Part shown: in pieces, positions 1 through 12,110 of the stretch | How positions within the stretch are numbered: the first letter of the stretch is position 1 | Layout: every line of letters begins with the position of its first letter | Assembly: GCA_964188305.1 (NCBI GenBank) | Contig: OZ076886.1 | Length of the DNA: 64,000 bases | Origin: Podarcis bocagei | Taxonomy: Eukaryota | Reading direction: 5' to 3' (one strand) | The notes under the pieces: model-generated | The model's database searches: none | Seen by the model: only the letters and a program-made list of their open reading frames with translations | Told to the model about the DNA's origin: nothing | Translations under genes and position numbers: made by a program

Positions 1-882
1 CTGGTTGTGCTTTCAAACAGACACTGTGTCCATGGTTTTAGGTTACAGCCACAAAGGGTATATAAACATGCATATTTCCTTCAAAGCAGATTTTTAAAAA
101 ATGGTTCTGCCCTTTGTGGCGATAGGTACGACTCAATGGCTTTTTATATCCTTTCCATGTAGCTGAGATGAACGGAAGCCTGCAAAACCTCGATTTAGAG
201 CTGCATTAATAGACAAGGCACGGTTGCCTTGTCACACAGTCCAGACTTGCATGCTCCCTATAGCACTTTCACATTAACTTAAAAGTAAATCCTACTGAAT
301 TCAATGGGGCTTACTCCTAGATAAGAGGTGTTAGGATTGCAGCCTTACTTACTGTATTTATATAAGGCAACCCAGTAAGATTGTTCTCTGGGTAACTCAA
401 ACACAAAATGATAAAATACTGTTGGCTTTATTTAACATTCTGTATGCTTATAGTGCCCACTTGTTTACTTGCCCAAAGCTGCACAAACGCCAGAAAGAGG
501 TAGGACAAAACAAAATATTGAAGGCCTATCATAAGGAAGAGTTTTGAGGGCCTATCATGACAATGTGTGCTCTAGCCCAGGAGATCCATCCACCCAGGCT
601 GCTCCCAAAGGGGAAGCACACTGCACCTATTGTACCGGCACAGAAAGTATCCAGCCAGCTGGGCTTGCCTGCAGTGGTGGATGCTCAGCTAGCCACAAGC
701 CCAGACAGAGGCAAAAAGATTACCTGGGTGCTATGGTAAAGTGGTTAGCTTCCCTTAAGTATCCGGTTGGCCCCTGTGTGCCTTTGATCTGATGCAGCAG
801 AGCAGGTGTCCAGAGGACCAGAAAGCCAGAGAAGGAATATTTAGGCAGGGGTGGGGAGAGAGAGTGCAAAGACACCCTTTAC

Positions 883-981
883 CTTAAAAGAATACTCTAG
901 CCTGACAAGGAATGGGAAGTTCACAGCCTGGAGAATGCGCTTTTCATTGAGGGTGTGCTCGATCTGCTTCAGCTTAACAAC
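883..981 (-). CDS. PRKACA: PKA catalytic subunit alpha, exon 4 ([33 protein letters not shown])
   Basis: 99-nt exon, AG acceptor at 983-982, GTAAAG donor at 882; translation matches the PKA-C alphaC-helix region; the gene continues beyond the window start. Confidence 0.96.
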
Positions 982-1067
982 CTGCAAGACAGAAAGGAAG
1001 TCAGCCAGAGTCAGTTGGGCCTCCCTCTTGCCAAACTCCCAGAACTCCACGACAGGCTCAAACTCAC

Positions 1068-1196
1068 TTTCTGCTTGTCAAGGATCTTCATGGCAAAGTA
1101 ATTCCCGGTCTCCTTGTGCTTCACGAGCATCACCCGCCCAAAAGAGCCTGTACCCAGGGTCTTGAGCCGGTCGAAGTGATCCAGGCTGGACGTATT
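1068..1196 (-). CDS. PRKACA: PKA catalytic subunit alpha, exon 3 (Gly-rich loop GTGSFG, catalytic Lys in AMK)
   Basis: 129 nt, [43 protein letters not shown]; AG acceptor 1198-1197, GTGAGT donor at 1067; 86-nt intron 3. Confidence 0.96.
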
Positions 1197-2329
1197 CTGA
1201 AAAAGGATTTGGAAAATAATAATATAAAAAGCAGAGGAAGACAATCTGGCAAGGACACCAGGCTCTAGTTATCAGATTTTGGGGGCCCTTAAGTGGCCGT
1301 GAGGGTTCAAAATGCCGGCTTACTAGTTTCATTTTAAAGATAACCCTTCAGGCAGTACCATGTCTTCCCATGCCATATTAAAGCAGCAACTGTTATTGAA
1401 GAGGATCATCCCTGTGGCGTGCCAACTCTTCTTCCTGAAACTTGCAGCGTTCTTGGGGTTTTTTACCACGAGGGGGCGCAAAAGGCAAGAGTTTTTAGAG
1501 AGAAAGACATACAATCCTCCTGCATACTGAACAGCAAGAAAATCCAACTGAATCCACAAAAAGGACTGTACATACACCCAACACTCACTACACTATCTGT
1601 AATAACCTAGAAACTAGCAGCAACAGGTTAAGCCTTAGAGCCTGACAAAAAAACACTAATATCCCCAAATATCACACTTATTGCAAAATACAACCAGATG
1701 TAATGACACCTTTACGTAGGGGGCAGCAAATGGAACAAGCCAAAACAGCGAGAGCATCCAAATTTCCGGGCCAATTTACACAGTCATTTTATTGCCATGA
1801 AGCAGTTATTTTGGCAGTCACCTTCTGGGAGTTATTTGCTGAAAAGCTAAAGCATCGGACTTGTTAGTTGAGCAGTGAGGTATTCATCAGATATTGCAGG
1901 GAAGAAAATACCTTATTCAGCTAGAGGGAGATTGCATTCCCCTTTCTGTAATATGGTCTGCTAACACCAAAGAGCATATGTGATAGGTGAAGGGCTTCTG
2001 ACCCTTGCTTAGTAATTTGGAAAGATCTTGACTATTTGTTCCTTGTCATGCAAGCAACCCGGGCACTGGCAAACCTTATTGTCAGACACATCTTCCAAAG
2101 TGTCTTAGAACTGCAAAAGGTAAACTAATCCAAAGCTGACTCTCTTCCTGTGTTTCCATCTTGGACACCTCACTCTCCTCCTTGCAAAATTATTCCTAGA
2201 AAAGGGGCAGTTCCAGAATAACCTGGGGACTGAACATAGGCGCCGACTCCATGGGGCTTGAGGGGGCCCGAGCCCCCTCAATAATTCGTTTGGGGGGGCT
2301 CAGCCCCCCCAATAATCTCGAGCGCCCCT

Positions 2330-3059
2330 CCAGCAGAGCGCCTCCGCCGCGCTGGCTCTGCCTGTTGACGCTTGGCGCGTCCGCGGCTTTTATAGGGCAC
2401 CGGCGCGGCGGGGGGCGCCGGGCCGGGGGAGGGGGGCGGCCGGCCTGTCTCCTTGGCAACCCCATTGAGCAGCGCCGGCTCCCCCGGGAGGGCCATCCCC
2501 CCGCGCCGCCGATCGCCAACACCGCCGACGCTGTGGCTGCCCGAGCCCGAGCCCGAGCCCGACCCGGAGCCCGAGCCTGAGCCCGACCCGGAGCCCGAGC
2601 CCGAGCCAGAGCCCGCCAGTCAGTCAGGAAGGAAGGAGAAATGGGGAGGGAGACGAGGGAGGAAAATTGCGCGCAGGGTGAAGAAAGGAGAAGGGCGAAC
2701 GAGACGAGCTTCCAACCCAAAAAAGGGCTGGAAGACTGGGAGGATGCAGGATCGGGAAAGAAAGCGACGCCTTCCCCGCCCGCGACGTCGCCCGCTTGTC
2801 ATTGGCAGCGCAGCGGGCGCCCAGAGGGGCTGGGCACCGGCGCAGGGCCGCTCCGCAGCCGCGGAGGACAGCTGCGCGGCTAGCAAGGTGCGCCACGTAG
2901 AGCGCGGCCCTTGTGTGGCCCGGTGGCCAGGCAAGCTCGGGCGGGGACCCCCATGCGAATCTAAGACGGGAGAAGAGGGCAGAGCAAAGGGGGTCCCTTC
3001 CCCAACCTCCGGCTCTGAGACTTCCCTGCGCCCCAGAAAAGCGAAAGGATTTTCTCTTC
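2330..3059 (-). promoter_or_regulatory. CpG-island-like promoter segment inside the hAT element
   Basis: TATAAAAG on minus strand 2394-2387; RFX X-box-like GTCTCCTTGGCAAC 2447-2460; GC boxes; palindrome GCGACGTCGC 2782-2791; CCAAT on minus strand 2805-2801; very high CpG density. Confidence 0.55.
2540..2613 (+). repeat. (CCCGAG)n hexamer tandem repeat, ~12 imperfect units
   Basis: Read directly; source of the spurious PEPEPE/ARARAR ORFs. Confidence 0.9.
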
Positions 3060-4060
3060 TTTTTTTTTAATAAATATTTTATTAAGTTTTCAAATACAAA
3101 GTTAGAAACATACACTGAAGAAAAAAGTAAAAGAACAAGAAAAAGAAGAAAAGAAAACCAACCATTCAACACATTTTTTATATAACTAACTGGACTTCCT
3201 CGCATCTCCCTTACCCTGCATTCTTTATAATAAAGATATCAGCAAATTATTACCTTGTTTCGTACCTTATTTTGTACTTTTCAAATACTATACCTCTAAA
3301 TATAACATACTTTTCATCAGTTACTTATATCTTAAATTAAACATAGTATTACCTTAGATTTTGACCTTTTCTTACTTAAAATATAATTTCCTGTTTCCCA
3401 AATCTAATTGCTGAAGCTATAGTTTCCGAATCGTGTAAATTTTTAACATTCATACAACTTATATTGTTTTTGTAAATAGTCCTTAAATTTTTTCCAGTCC
3501 TCTTCCGTTGTTTCTTCTCCCAAATCTCGGATTCTGCCAGTCATTTCAGCCAGTTCCATGTAGTCCATCAATTGCGTCTGCCACTCTTCCAGTGTGGGCA
3601 AATCTTGTGTCTTCCAATATTTTGCGATAAGTATTCTTGCTGCTGTAGTTGCATACATAAAGAAAGTTCTATCCTTCTTTAACACTTTCTGGCCAACAAT
3701 GCCCAAGAGGAAGGCCTCTGGTTTCTTGGGAAAGGTATACTTAAATACCTTTTTTAACTCATTATAGATCATTTCCCAGAAGGCCTTCACTTTTGGACAA
3801 GTCCACCAGAGGTGAAAGAATGTCCCTTCAGCCTCCTTACATTTCCAACATTTATTATCAGACAGGTGATATATTTTTGCAAGCTTGACTGGGGTCATGT
3901 ACCACCTATAAATCATTTTCATAATATTTTCCTTCAAGGCATTACATGCCGTGAATTTCATTCCGGTGGTCCATAACCTTTCCCAGTCCTCAAACATGAT
4001 GTTATACCCAATATCCTGAGCCCATTTTATCATGGCTGATTTGACTGTCTCATCTTGAGT
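3060..4060 (-). mobile_element. 5'-truncated L1-clade LINE: ORF2 C-terminus, 3'UTR and polyA tail
   Basis: Open frame to stop at 3443 with CCHC knuckle CWKC-x8-H-x4-C; AATAAA and A-tail; 12-bp TSD GATTTTCTCTTC at 3048-3059 and 4061-4072. Confidence 0.9.
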
Positions 4061-4809
4061 GATTTTCTCTTCAACCTGCCCTCCATCCTCTTGCGGAAAA
4101 CTCTTTGCCTGCCCTGCCCGTATCTCGTTTTTGCTTTTTAATTCCACACACGCACCCTTCGGACTTCGTGGCAATCGGGCGCGCGGGTTCGTTTCCTAAG
4201 AGAGTGAGGACCCCCGCCTCCTCCCCACCTGCTCCCTCACCAGCCAGCCAGCCAGCCAGCCGTGCGCCCTAGCCGGAGAGCCCCGGCCGTCCCCGTCGCG
4301 CAATCGGCTGGATCTCCCTTCAGCAGGCCGTGCTCACAACTCGGCCCAGGGACCCGCAGCAGCGGATCTCCGGCCCAGCTGAAGAATCCGGCAACAAGCC
4401 CCCTCCTCCCCAATCGCTCCGCCGAAATACGCTCCAAAACCCCCCAGATAGGCCGCCGGCCGCCAAGTCTTGTGGCGCCCTGAGCGAGGGTCTCTCCCCA
4501 ACACCGCCACCTCGAACTGCGTTCTCCCGGCTACCCGAGCGAACCAGCGGCAGGACCCCGGTATGGGCCCCCCCAATATTTTTTATAAGTCGGCGCCCCT
4601 GGGACTGAAACACCTGTCTCAGCGCCTATTCCTTCAGCAGGATAATTTAGGATGTCCACCAGCATCAAGACTTTTGCCTTTGGTGTAACCAGCAATAACA
4701 AAGGTTTGGCAAGATCCTTCCAAAGCCTCGTTTTAAAAAGTTACACTGGTCACATTTTATACACACACAAAACAAGCGAATGCAGACCCAAATGGGCTTC
4801 CACACAGCC

Positions 4810-5010
4810 AGTACAGGAGAGCCAGAGTGACCAGAGTGTCAGACCTGGACCCAGGACACCAGGGTTCATATCCCCACTCAGCCATGAAGCTCAATGGGCC
4901 AGTTGCAGTTTCTCAGCCTAACCTACCTCACAGGACTGCTGTGAGGATAAAATGGGGAGAACTATGTAAACCAGCTTGAGGAAAGGTGGGATATAGATGT
5001 AATGAATTTA
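4810..5010 (+). mobile_element. Old MIR/CORE-like squamate SINE remnant
   Basis: GGGTTCATATCCCCACTCAGCCATGAAGCTC and CTCAGCCTAACCTACCTCACAGG...GTGAGGATAAAATGG core motifs. Confidence 0.6.
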
Positions 5011-5429
5011 ATATCAAGGCAGTTGTTTCAATGCATGCGGCACACTATAGCATTCAAGTTAGGCAGTGCATCCCTTACTTAAATGCAACACCAGTTGTGT
5101 GAAACTGTACACACATATTCTGAGCTTAAACTGTACACCTGTATTATGTGAAACTTTACACATGTATTCTTGGCACCCTGGTCTGTTTTCTTTCCAGCAC
5201 ATCAAAAGGAAGCAGGGTACATGGGAGCGATTTAAGCCGCGTGCACCAATACACATGCACATTCCTGCGAAGCCATAAGTTGTCTAACTCTGGCTGATGG
5301 TTGCATGCAAACCAGGTCAGTGTCACTTTCAAATCAGGCCTAAGAGCTTAGAAGCAACAAGACGCAGGCTGCTATGGCTAGATAAAGAAAGGAAGGCAAA
5401 ATATCAAGACGAGAAGAGAGGTGTCATAC

Positions 5430-5491
5430 CTGCAACGGGTTCTCCCATTTCTTGAGGAACTCTTCTTTGGCTTTGGCAAGAAACTCCTTCA
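5430..5491 (-). CDS. PRKACA: PKA catalytic subunit alpha, exon 2 ((V)KEFLAKAKEEFLKKWENPLQ, A-helix)
   Basis: 62 nt, phase 1 to phase 0, acceptor cttacttacag, donor GTATGA; missed by the ORF track. Confidence 0.95.
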
Positions 5492-7989
5492 CTGTAAGTA
5501 AGCAGAAGCAGAGAAAGAGCATTGACAAGAGAGCATGTTGCCTGAAGGCCTGAGCTGATGAGCACTCCTTAGGAGTCAAAGAGGCTATGTTGGGAAACAG
5601 GAGTCCCCTTCAAGTCTGCCAGCTCTCATTTCTTTGACGGGCCTATTTGCTGAATCACCAGGAACGGAGGATGCAGTCCCAGCAGGAAGGCCAGAAAGGG
5701 GAAGACAACACCTTTCAACAAGTCGGATTCCCAAGGAGCAAACATTCCCTGGAGGGCAGAGAGCAGACACACAGCCCCCTCTTTTAGGCTCAGCCATGAG
5801 ACTCTAGATGAGAAATGGCCAACTGCTGGCCTGTGGAAATATGCACAATCAATATCTGAGAAGTCTGTGTTACCACTGGAGCCCTAAATCCAGCCTGGAG
5901 AATACAGTAGCAACCGGTCACCTCTGCTAAAGATCATGGCTGCTCAGCTTTAGGTCTGTCACCATGTTGCTTCTTTTGGGGGCCAACCTGTGCCCAATCC
6001 TTGCAAGCCACAGACAACTTTGGGCCATATTGGGACCTCCAGCCTTTTAAAGCAAGAGCAAGGAATAAGTAAACCCATGAAAAAGGAAGGCAGGCCCCAC
6101 TCTCTCCACATCCATGCCACTCATTTGCAAGGCTTTTGAGGAGTCATACAGATGTGAAATTCAATGCCGCACCATGACACTCTGCCTATGTAAGGGTTTC
6201 CACTTGCCAGATGGAACCATCTTCCTCCCTCCATGTTGTTCTAGGGGTTCCCCAACCCCTTAGAGCCAATTTCAGGGTGCACATGGGAGAGGGGGAAGCC
6301 TTGTTGCACATGCAGAAGCCCTTGTGCAGAGCTTCTACTGATGGGGTTCATTAGGTGAATCCTGCCCTGACGGTAAGCATCTAAAATACCATAGGGCCAT
6401 CTGTTTGCATGCACACATTTTCTCCTCAGTTTCCAACTCAGAAGGTGCTCTGCAAGTTTCAAAAACACACACGCACAACTAGAGACTTTCAAGACTGGCA
6501 GTTCCATGTACTGGCAGCTTCTCCCCTTCAAAAAGGTTCTCATGCCACAACCCCCAAACTTATTTTCAGGAGTTTAAAAGAGCAATTTAGGAGCTGTGGA
6601 ATGAAATTCTGAGAAGAATCTGGGGAAGCACGGGCCCTTCTGGATTTCAGCCAATAACATCAATCATGAGAGGTAAAGTGGAATCATTCAAGACTCAGAG
6701 ACTCTGGTTTCCCAGTCACAGGTGAGCTACTCATGGTGAAAACACCTGCCATGTGCTGAGACAGTGACTGAAACATGGAAAAGAGGGGACCTGTGGCCCT
6801 CCAGATGCTGCTGGACTGCAATTCCCACCTTCCCTGACCACTAGCTGAAGCTGGAATACACATTTAGAGAGCCACACATCCACCAGCACTGAACTAAGGG
6901 CTCCCAATATCACCCTGACTGAAAACCAACTGATGACCTGTATGCAGACACCAGCAGCCATGGCATGACCACTGCATACCTTGTGTTCTATAATGTACAA
7001 AAGATCAGATCCAACCTGGAAGGTAGTCTGGTGTCTAAGAGAAACTACCTGGTGCTCCAACACACTCCATATATCCAAAGCAGGAAGGCTACCACGTAGA
7101 TAGTTGTACACTCTCTAAATTGCATAATCAGGGTTTTTTAAGCAACAGGTATGTAATGGCACCAAGCACGACAACAAAGAGGGTTCTTGAGAGCAGAAAA
7201 TTCACAGAACCAAGGAAATGCTCCATGTCCAAACAGGTTTTGGGCTTTAAAACCCATCTACTGCCGACAGAAACATGTCAAATATAGCTGCAGATGAGAA
7301 CACCCAACTGGGTGTGACTGCCTCAAATTGGACAGTTTCTAGCAGTCATGGCCACAAAAGAAAGATAAAGCTTAGGAAGGTGGATTCAGTGTCTTCTAAA
7401 GGATCTAGAGGTAAACAGGTAAATGAGAGAGAAAATTACCCTTAACACATCCTAATCATTCACCTGTATCCCATGAACCCCATCCTTTTCTCTCTACTCC
7501 AGCTGCACAATAGAAATAATACCCCATGCTGTTACCACTTGTGCGGGTTCTGAAGACAATTGGAGTCATAATCTAATCAGTTAATTAAATAAATTTGGCT
7601 GATTAAAAGTGATCAAATAATTATATGCTAATTCTGTGTATTATGCAAGCTGAACATTGTCCAAGTTTAGTTTTGTTTTTTGTCATGATATAAACCAGAG
7701 TTTGGGGGACTCTGGCAGAGGATATTTCCAGAAGTAGCTCAGGGCTGGGCTTTAGAAAGCAGAATTGGCATACTAAACTCCCTCTTCCAGCATCTCCATC
7801 TATGTAACACAGCGTTCTGCCAACACCAAAAGGTTGTGTTCACTGGCAAAGCAGTACTGCTTGATTAACTAGGAAGGGGCTGGGTGCATTCTTAGACTGG
7901 TACCCCTTGCTGAGCTGGGAAGGAACCCCAAACAATTTTCACACCCCCACTTTCTAAAAGGTTGCCTCACTCCTGGAATGTTTTCTGAG

Positions 7990-8290
7990 GAGGGCAACCA
8001 TGATGATGAAGAGCCTGGAAACCAAGCCCTTTGAAGGAGTCAGTGAATTTTACACCCTGGAGAACAGACTATCAAGAGGCAATGCAATAGACCCTCTGTT
8101 ACATAGATGGAGCAACTTTGTTTTCTGTTGTTCCAGAAGATAGCACCTGAATTAATGGGTTTAGACTACAAGAAAAAGGACTGGATTTAGACCAAACATC
8201 AGGAAGAACTTCCTGATGGCATGACATGTTCAACAGTAAACCAGACTGCTTTGGAAGGGGCAGATGACTCTCTTTCATTAAGGCCTTTTC
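7990..8290 (+). mobile_element. Degenerate CR1 LINE 3' fragment
   Basis: Resembles a CR1 3' end (CTGGAAACCAAGCCCT...AACATCAGGAAGAACTTCCTGA). Confidence 0.55.
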
Positions 8291-8680
8291 AGTGGTGGCT
8301 CCCTGTTGTGAAATGCTCTCCCCAGGGAGGCATACCTGGTGCCATCTTTATCTATATTTAGACTTTTCTCTTCACCCAGGTTTTGGGTCCTTAAATTGGG
8401 GGGGGGGGATTGTGGCCTCTTTTCGTGTTGGCTAGGAATCTATCAGACCTGCCTTTTAATTGTATTGCTGTGTTTTTTGCTATTGTTTTCAATGGAAGTT
8501 TCTTCGGGTCACTCTGTGAGAAAAACAACTACATATCAGCATCAAGAACAGCAGGCTGGATGGCCACCTATCAACAATACTGCAGTTGGCAGTTGCCACC
8601 TCTATGATTCTATGAAACAACAACCTTACAAACTAAGCCCTCAAGATCCCATCATCCACTGGGGCCAAGCACAGCATATA

Positions 8681-8930
8681 CAGTTGTACCTTGGAAGCCG
8701 AATGGAATCCGTTCCAGAAGTCCGTTCAACTTCCAAAACATTCAGGAACCAAGGTGCGGCTTCCAATTGGCTGCAGGAGCTTCCGGCATGCAATCAGAAC
8801 CTGCGGAACCCACGTCAGATGTTTGGCTTCCAAAGAACATTTGCAAACCAGAACACTCACTTCCGGGTTTGCGGCGTTTGGGAGCCAAAGCATTTGAGTT
8901 GCAAGGCATTTGGGATCCAAGGTACGACTG
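8681..8930. mobile_element. Tc1/mariner (Tigger-like) MITE
   Basis: TIRs CAGTTGTACCTTGG / CCAAGGTACGACTG, TA target site on both sides. Confidence 0.85.
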
Positions 8931-10678
8931 TATCTACATAAAGCAAAGAGAAGCAGAAAAGGCCAAGCAAGCACTCCTCAACCAGGGTAAATTTGCTGAA
9001 CGGTTCGCTACCATCTACAGAAATGGAGCCTGGCTACAGATTCCAGGGATCCTGGCTCCCAGTTCAGAATGTGGAGTTAAGTCTGCCCCTGCATCCCCCA
9101 GAAAAAGCTCATTTTGAGTTCCCCCCTCCCATCATGGAGATGCAGCTTCTCCTGGCATGAGATCAGAAGACCGTAAAATGGAGGAGCCCCTGAAATAAGG
9201 TTGCTTTGCACCAGCCTCTTATTTCCTACAGGAGAGGTACCTGACACAAAGGGAACATGGCCAGGCGCAGTCTGGGGATGCTTTCATAGCATCCTCCCAC
9301 TCCAAACCTTCACAGCAATCCTCCCACCCAATTCCTTCATGCTGCAGCACAGAGCGGCTGGATTTCCCCGAGACACGCACACAAACAGACGTGGAGCTGC
9401 AGCTCAGCCTGTCTGACCTACTTTCCCTTTGTCTCCTGCTTTATCCACATTACTTACAGAGCGCCACCAGCTTACACCTTCCTGCACAGATCCCAGCCCC
9501 CTCCCCACTCCTCAAGGAGATTTCTTTTGCCACGTAAGAACATTCTGGCAGCTCTTCCCCCCTTCCTAGGGCCATCTCTGCATTATATTTTAGCTCCATG
9601 GGCCCCCCTCCAAAAAGGGGCAGCAATCACCCCTCCCCATCTCCAGAACACTGACCTCTTCCATAAGCCATGAGGGACCCCCGACAGCGACAGAGCACCA
9701 CAGGCCTTAAGGCCAGGCTGAGCACTATGATCTCATCTAACCTCAGGCCGTCAGTCGCTCCCGCGTCATGCCCAAGAGCCTCCAACTGCACTCTAAACCA
9801 ACAACCCTGTCTTGAGGTCTAGGCAAAGGGAGGGAACAATTCTGCATTCTTGATGGCTGCTCTGTTCTCCAGACAGAGGCCTGGTTCACACAGAACACTA
9901 AACCACGGTTTGTTAAAACAAGCCATGAGTTGTCTCACAGATGAGCAAGCAAACCATGGCTTGTTTTTCTCCAAAGTTTGGTTCAATTTTCAGCTGCTCT
10001 CAACTCTTGCCTTTGTAGTTCAGTGAGCATCTGGGGTGGGGAGGCCAAACAAACCATGGTTAAGGAAGGGTGTTTGGCTTGGTGAGAGTTGCAAAACTTA
10101 ATTACAACAAACTAAGGGTCATAAACCAGCAACGAACCACAGCTTCAGATCATGGTTTGTTAGCAGTAAACAAACCATAGTCAAGCCACTAGGCAGGCTT
10201 TGCACAAAATACTAAGCTGTGGTTTCATAAACCATAGTTTAATAAACCTTGGTTTAGTGTTAGGTTCAGAGTGTGGTTTAGGGGCTGGGAGTTTATTTTG
10301 CCTAAAAGTGAGCCCTGAACATTCACCTGACTCCATAATGAAGCTGATATCCCCTAGTAATATGGGCTTCCAAGTTATGGCGCACAAAACTCAAGACATT
10401 GCATTGCAATCCAAACATGTGCATTTACATGCCAAATCAGAGAAAGATGCAATACTGCCTCATCAATATGTATATTTCAAATAAGAGAAACTGTGGTTTA
10501 AAAAACCACTTTGGCTAAAATTTAGATAGGCCACCAGGAACAGGAAAAAAATTCCTTAAGACAACCTCTCTCATTCTTGGGTTACCAGATGGTGTTGGAC
10601 CACATGTCTCATCATTACTGACTGCTGTACAATTTCTTGCCCAGTGAACTTGCATCATTCCTCAAGGGCCTCAAGGGC

Positions 10679-10973
10679 CATGCGTAGGCAAACTAAGGCC
10701 CGGGGGCCAGATCCGGCCCAATCGCCTTATAAATCCGGCCCACGGACAGTCCAGGAATCAGCATGTTTTTACATGAGTAGAATGTGTCCTTTTATTTAAA
10801 ATGCATCTCTGGGTTATTTGTGGGGCCTGCCTGGTGTTTTTACAGGAGTACAATGTGTGCTTTTATTTAAAATGCATCTTTGGGTTATTTGTGGGGCATA
10901 GGAATTCATTCATTTCTCCCCCCAAAAAATATAGTCCAGCCCCCCACAAGGACCAGCCCCCTGCTGACCCCTG
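10679..10973. mobile_element. hAT (Charlie-like) MITE
   Basis: Ends CATGCGTAGGCAAAC...GCTGACCCCTG, GGCCC subterminal repeats, internal ~60-bp duplication, imperfect CTCAAGG(G)C flanking duplication. Confidence 0.65.
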
Positions 10974-11249
10974 CTCAAGGCTATAATTGTGATGTGCTAA
11001 TCTCCTGTTCTCCCAGCTTTCAAATGGCACTGTAAGAGTCATTGTGGTGTAGTGGCTAGATAACTGAATTTGAACCATGAAGCTCAATGGTTTTGAAGGG
11101 GTCTTTCTGCGGGGTGGGGCGGGGCGGGGGAAAATCACACAAGCAACATAACTTAATTCACAAGGCTGCTGGGAGGAAAAAACTGATAATCCCACATACG
11201 TTACCTTGAGTTCCTTGGAAAAACGTAATACAAGTGTGAAAGTGCAAGT

Positions 11250-12110
11250 AATTGTTTGTTCCTCTTGTTGGATGTTGGCAACAATAATCTTGCAGGATCA
11301 GAATTCTAGGTTCATCAAGTATAGTATATGGTCTCTAACCAGGACCAACCACATACCCCTGGAAAATTGATAACTAGGACATGATTTCAATAATCATCCT
11401 CTGTCTGTTCGCTGCCTCTGCTAAGGAAAGATATAGTGCATCTGCAAACCATGACCTACAGCCATTGATAGACCCATCTATGGGAGCTAAACCTATTCCA
11501 GTTGACAGTGATAATGACAGTGTTAGTGGCCTTCCAAGCTGTGGGATGAATTCCATAAAGTTGAAAACAGTGCTTGCTTTAATTTGTCCTGAACTTGCTG
11601 TCAAAGTATTAGAGAACTTCAAACTCCAATGTTTTTGTTTCTTTCACACCATTCCTAATTTTGTGAACTAAATAAGTGTGCGGCCTAAACTTCTCTTCGA
11701 AGGAAGTCCCATCCACCGGAATATCTTTAGCCACCCATTTCTTTACTTTCCTCCCCTTCTGTGATCTCTTTTTCAAAACCAGGCCACTAGAACTACATTG
11801 GCATTCCAAGCACAGCCATACCAGAGTCTCATCCTGGCGTACTTGCCGTTTCATTTTCAGTCCCTTTTCATAGTAATTCCCAGTATCAGATTTGCTTTTC
11901 CTCCACTGCGCCAGCACACTGAGATGACGTCACTGCGCTTTCTACCATGACCCCAAGCCCTCACTGGCAGTAGTGACAGCTCATTTAGATCCCATCAGTG
12001 TCTGTGCAGGAGTTTGTGTGTCCCAATGTGGAACACGAGGCGCTCGCTCACTCTGAAGCTCACCTGCCATTCTGCAGTGCTTCTGAATCATCCAGCTTGA
12101 AGAGTGCCTT
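11250..12110 (-). mobile_element. Degenerate CR1 LINE reverse transcriptase / 3' fragment
   Basis: CR1-like motifs (CAAATCTGATACTGGG, ATCTAAATGAGCTGTC, TCTTGGGGTCATGGTAGA-like on minus strand); frames broken. Confidence 0.5.

Larger units (their letters stand above)
2235..4601. mobile_element. Non-autonomous hAT-type DNA transposon with GC-rich internal cargo and a nested L1
   Basis: TIRs CATAGGCGCCGACT / AGTCGGCGCCCCTG (12/14); identical 8-bp TSD GGACTGAA at 2227-2234 and 4602-4609; subterminal palindromes and CCCCCAATA(A/T)T-like motifs at both ends; no transposase ORF. Confidence 0.85.

Noticed and set aside
2196-3205. Several 100-200 aa ORFs (PEPEPE, ARARAR)
   Set aside because: Products of high GC content and a hexamer repeat; no recognisable domain
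3443-4174. 243-aa ORF as a host gene
   Set aside because: L1 ORF2 fragment; the first ~38 residues are flanking cargo read from a non-ATG start
7565-7640. TAAT-rich homeodomain-like motif cluster (also 46590-46635)
   Set aside because: Cannot be separated from AT-rich background without conservation data
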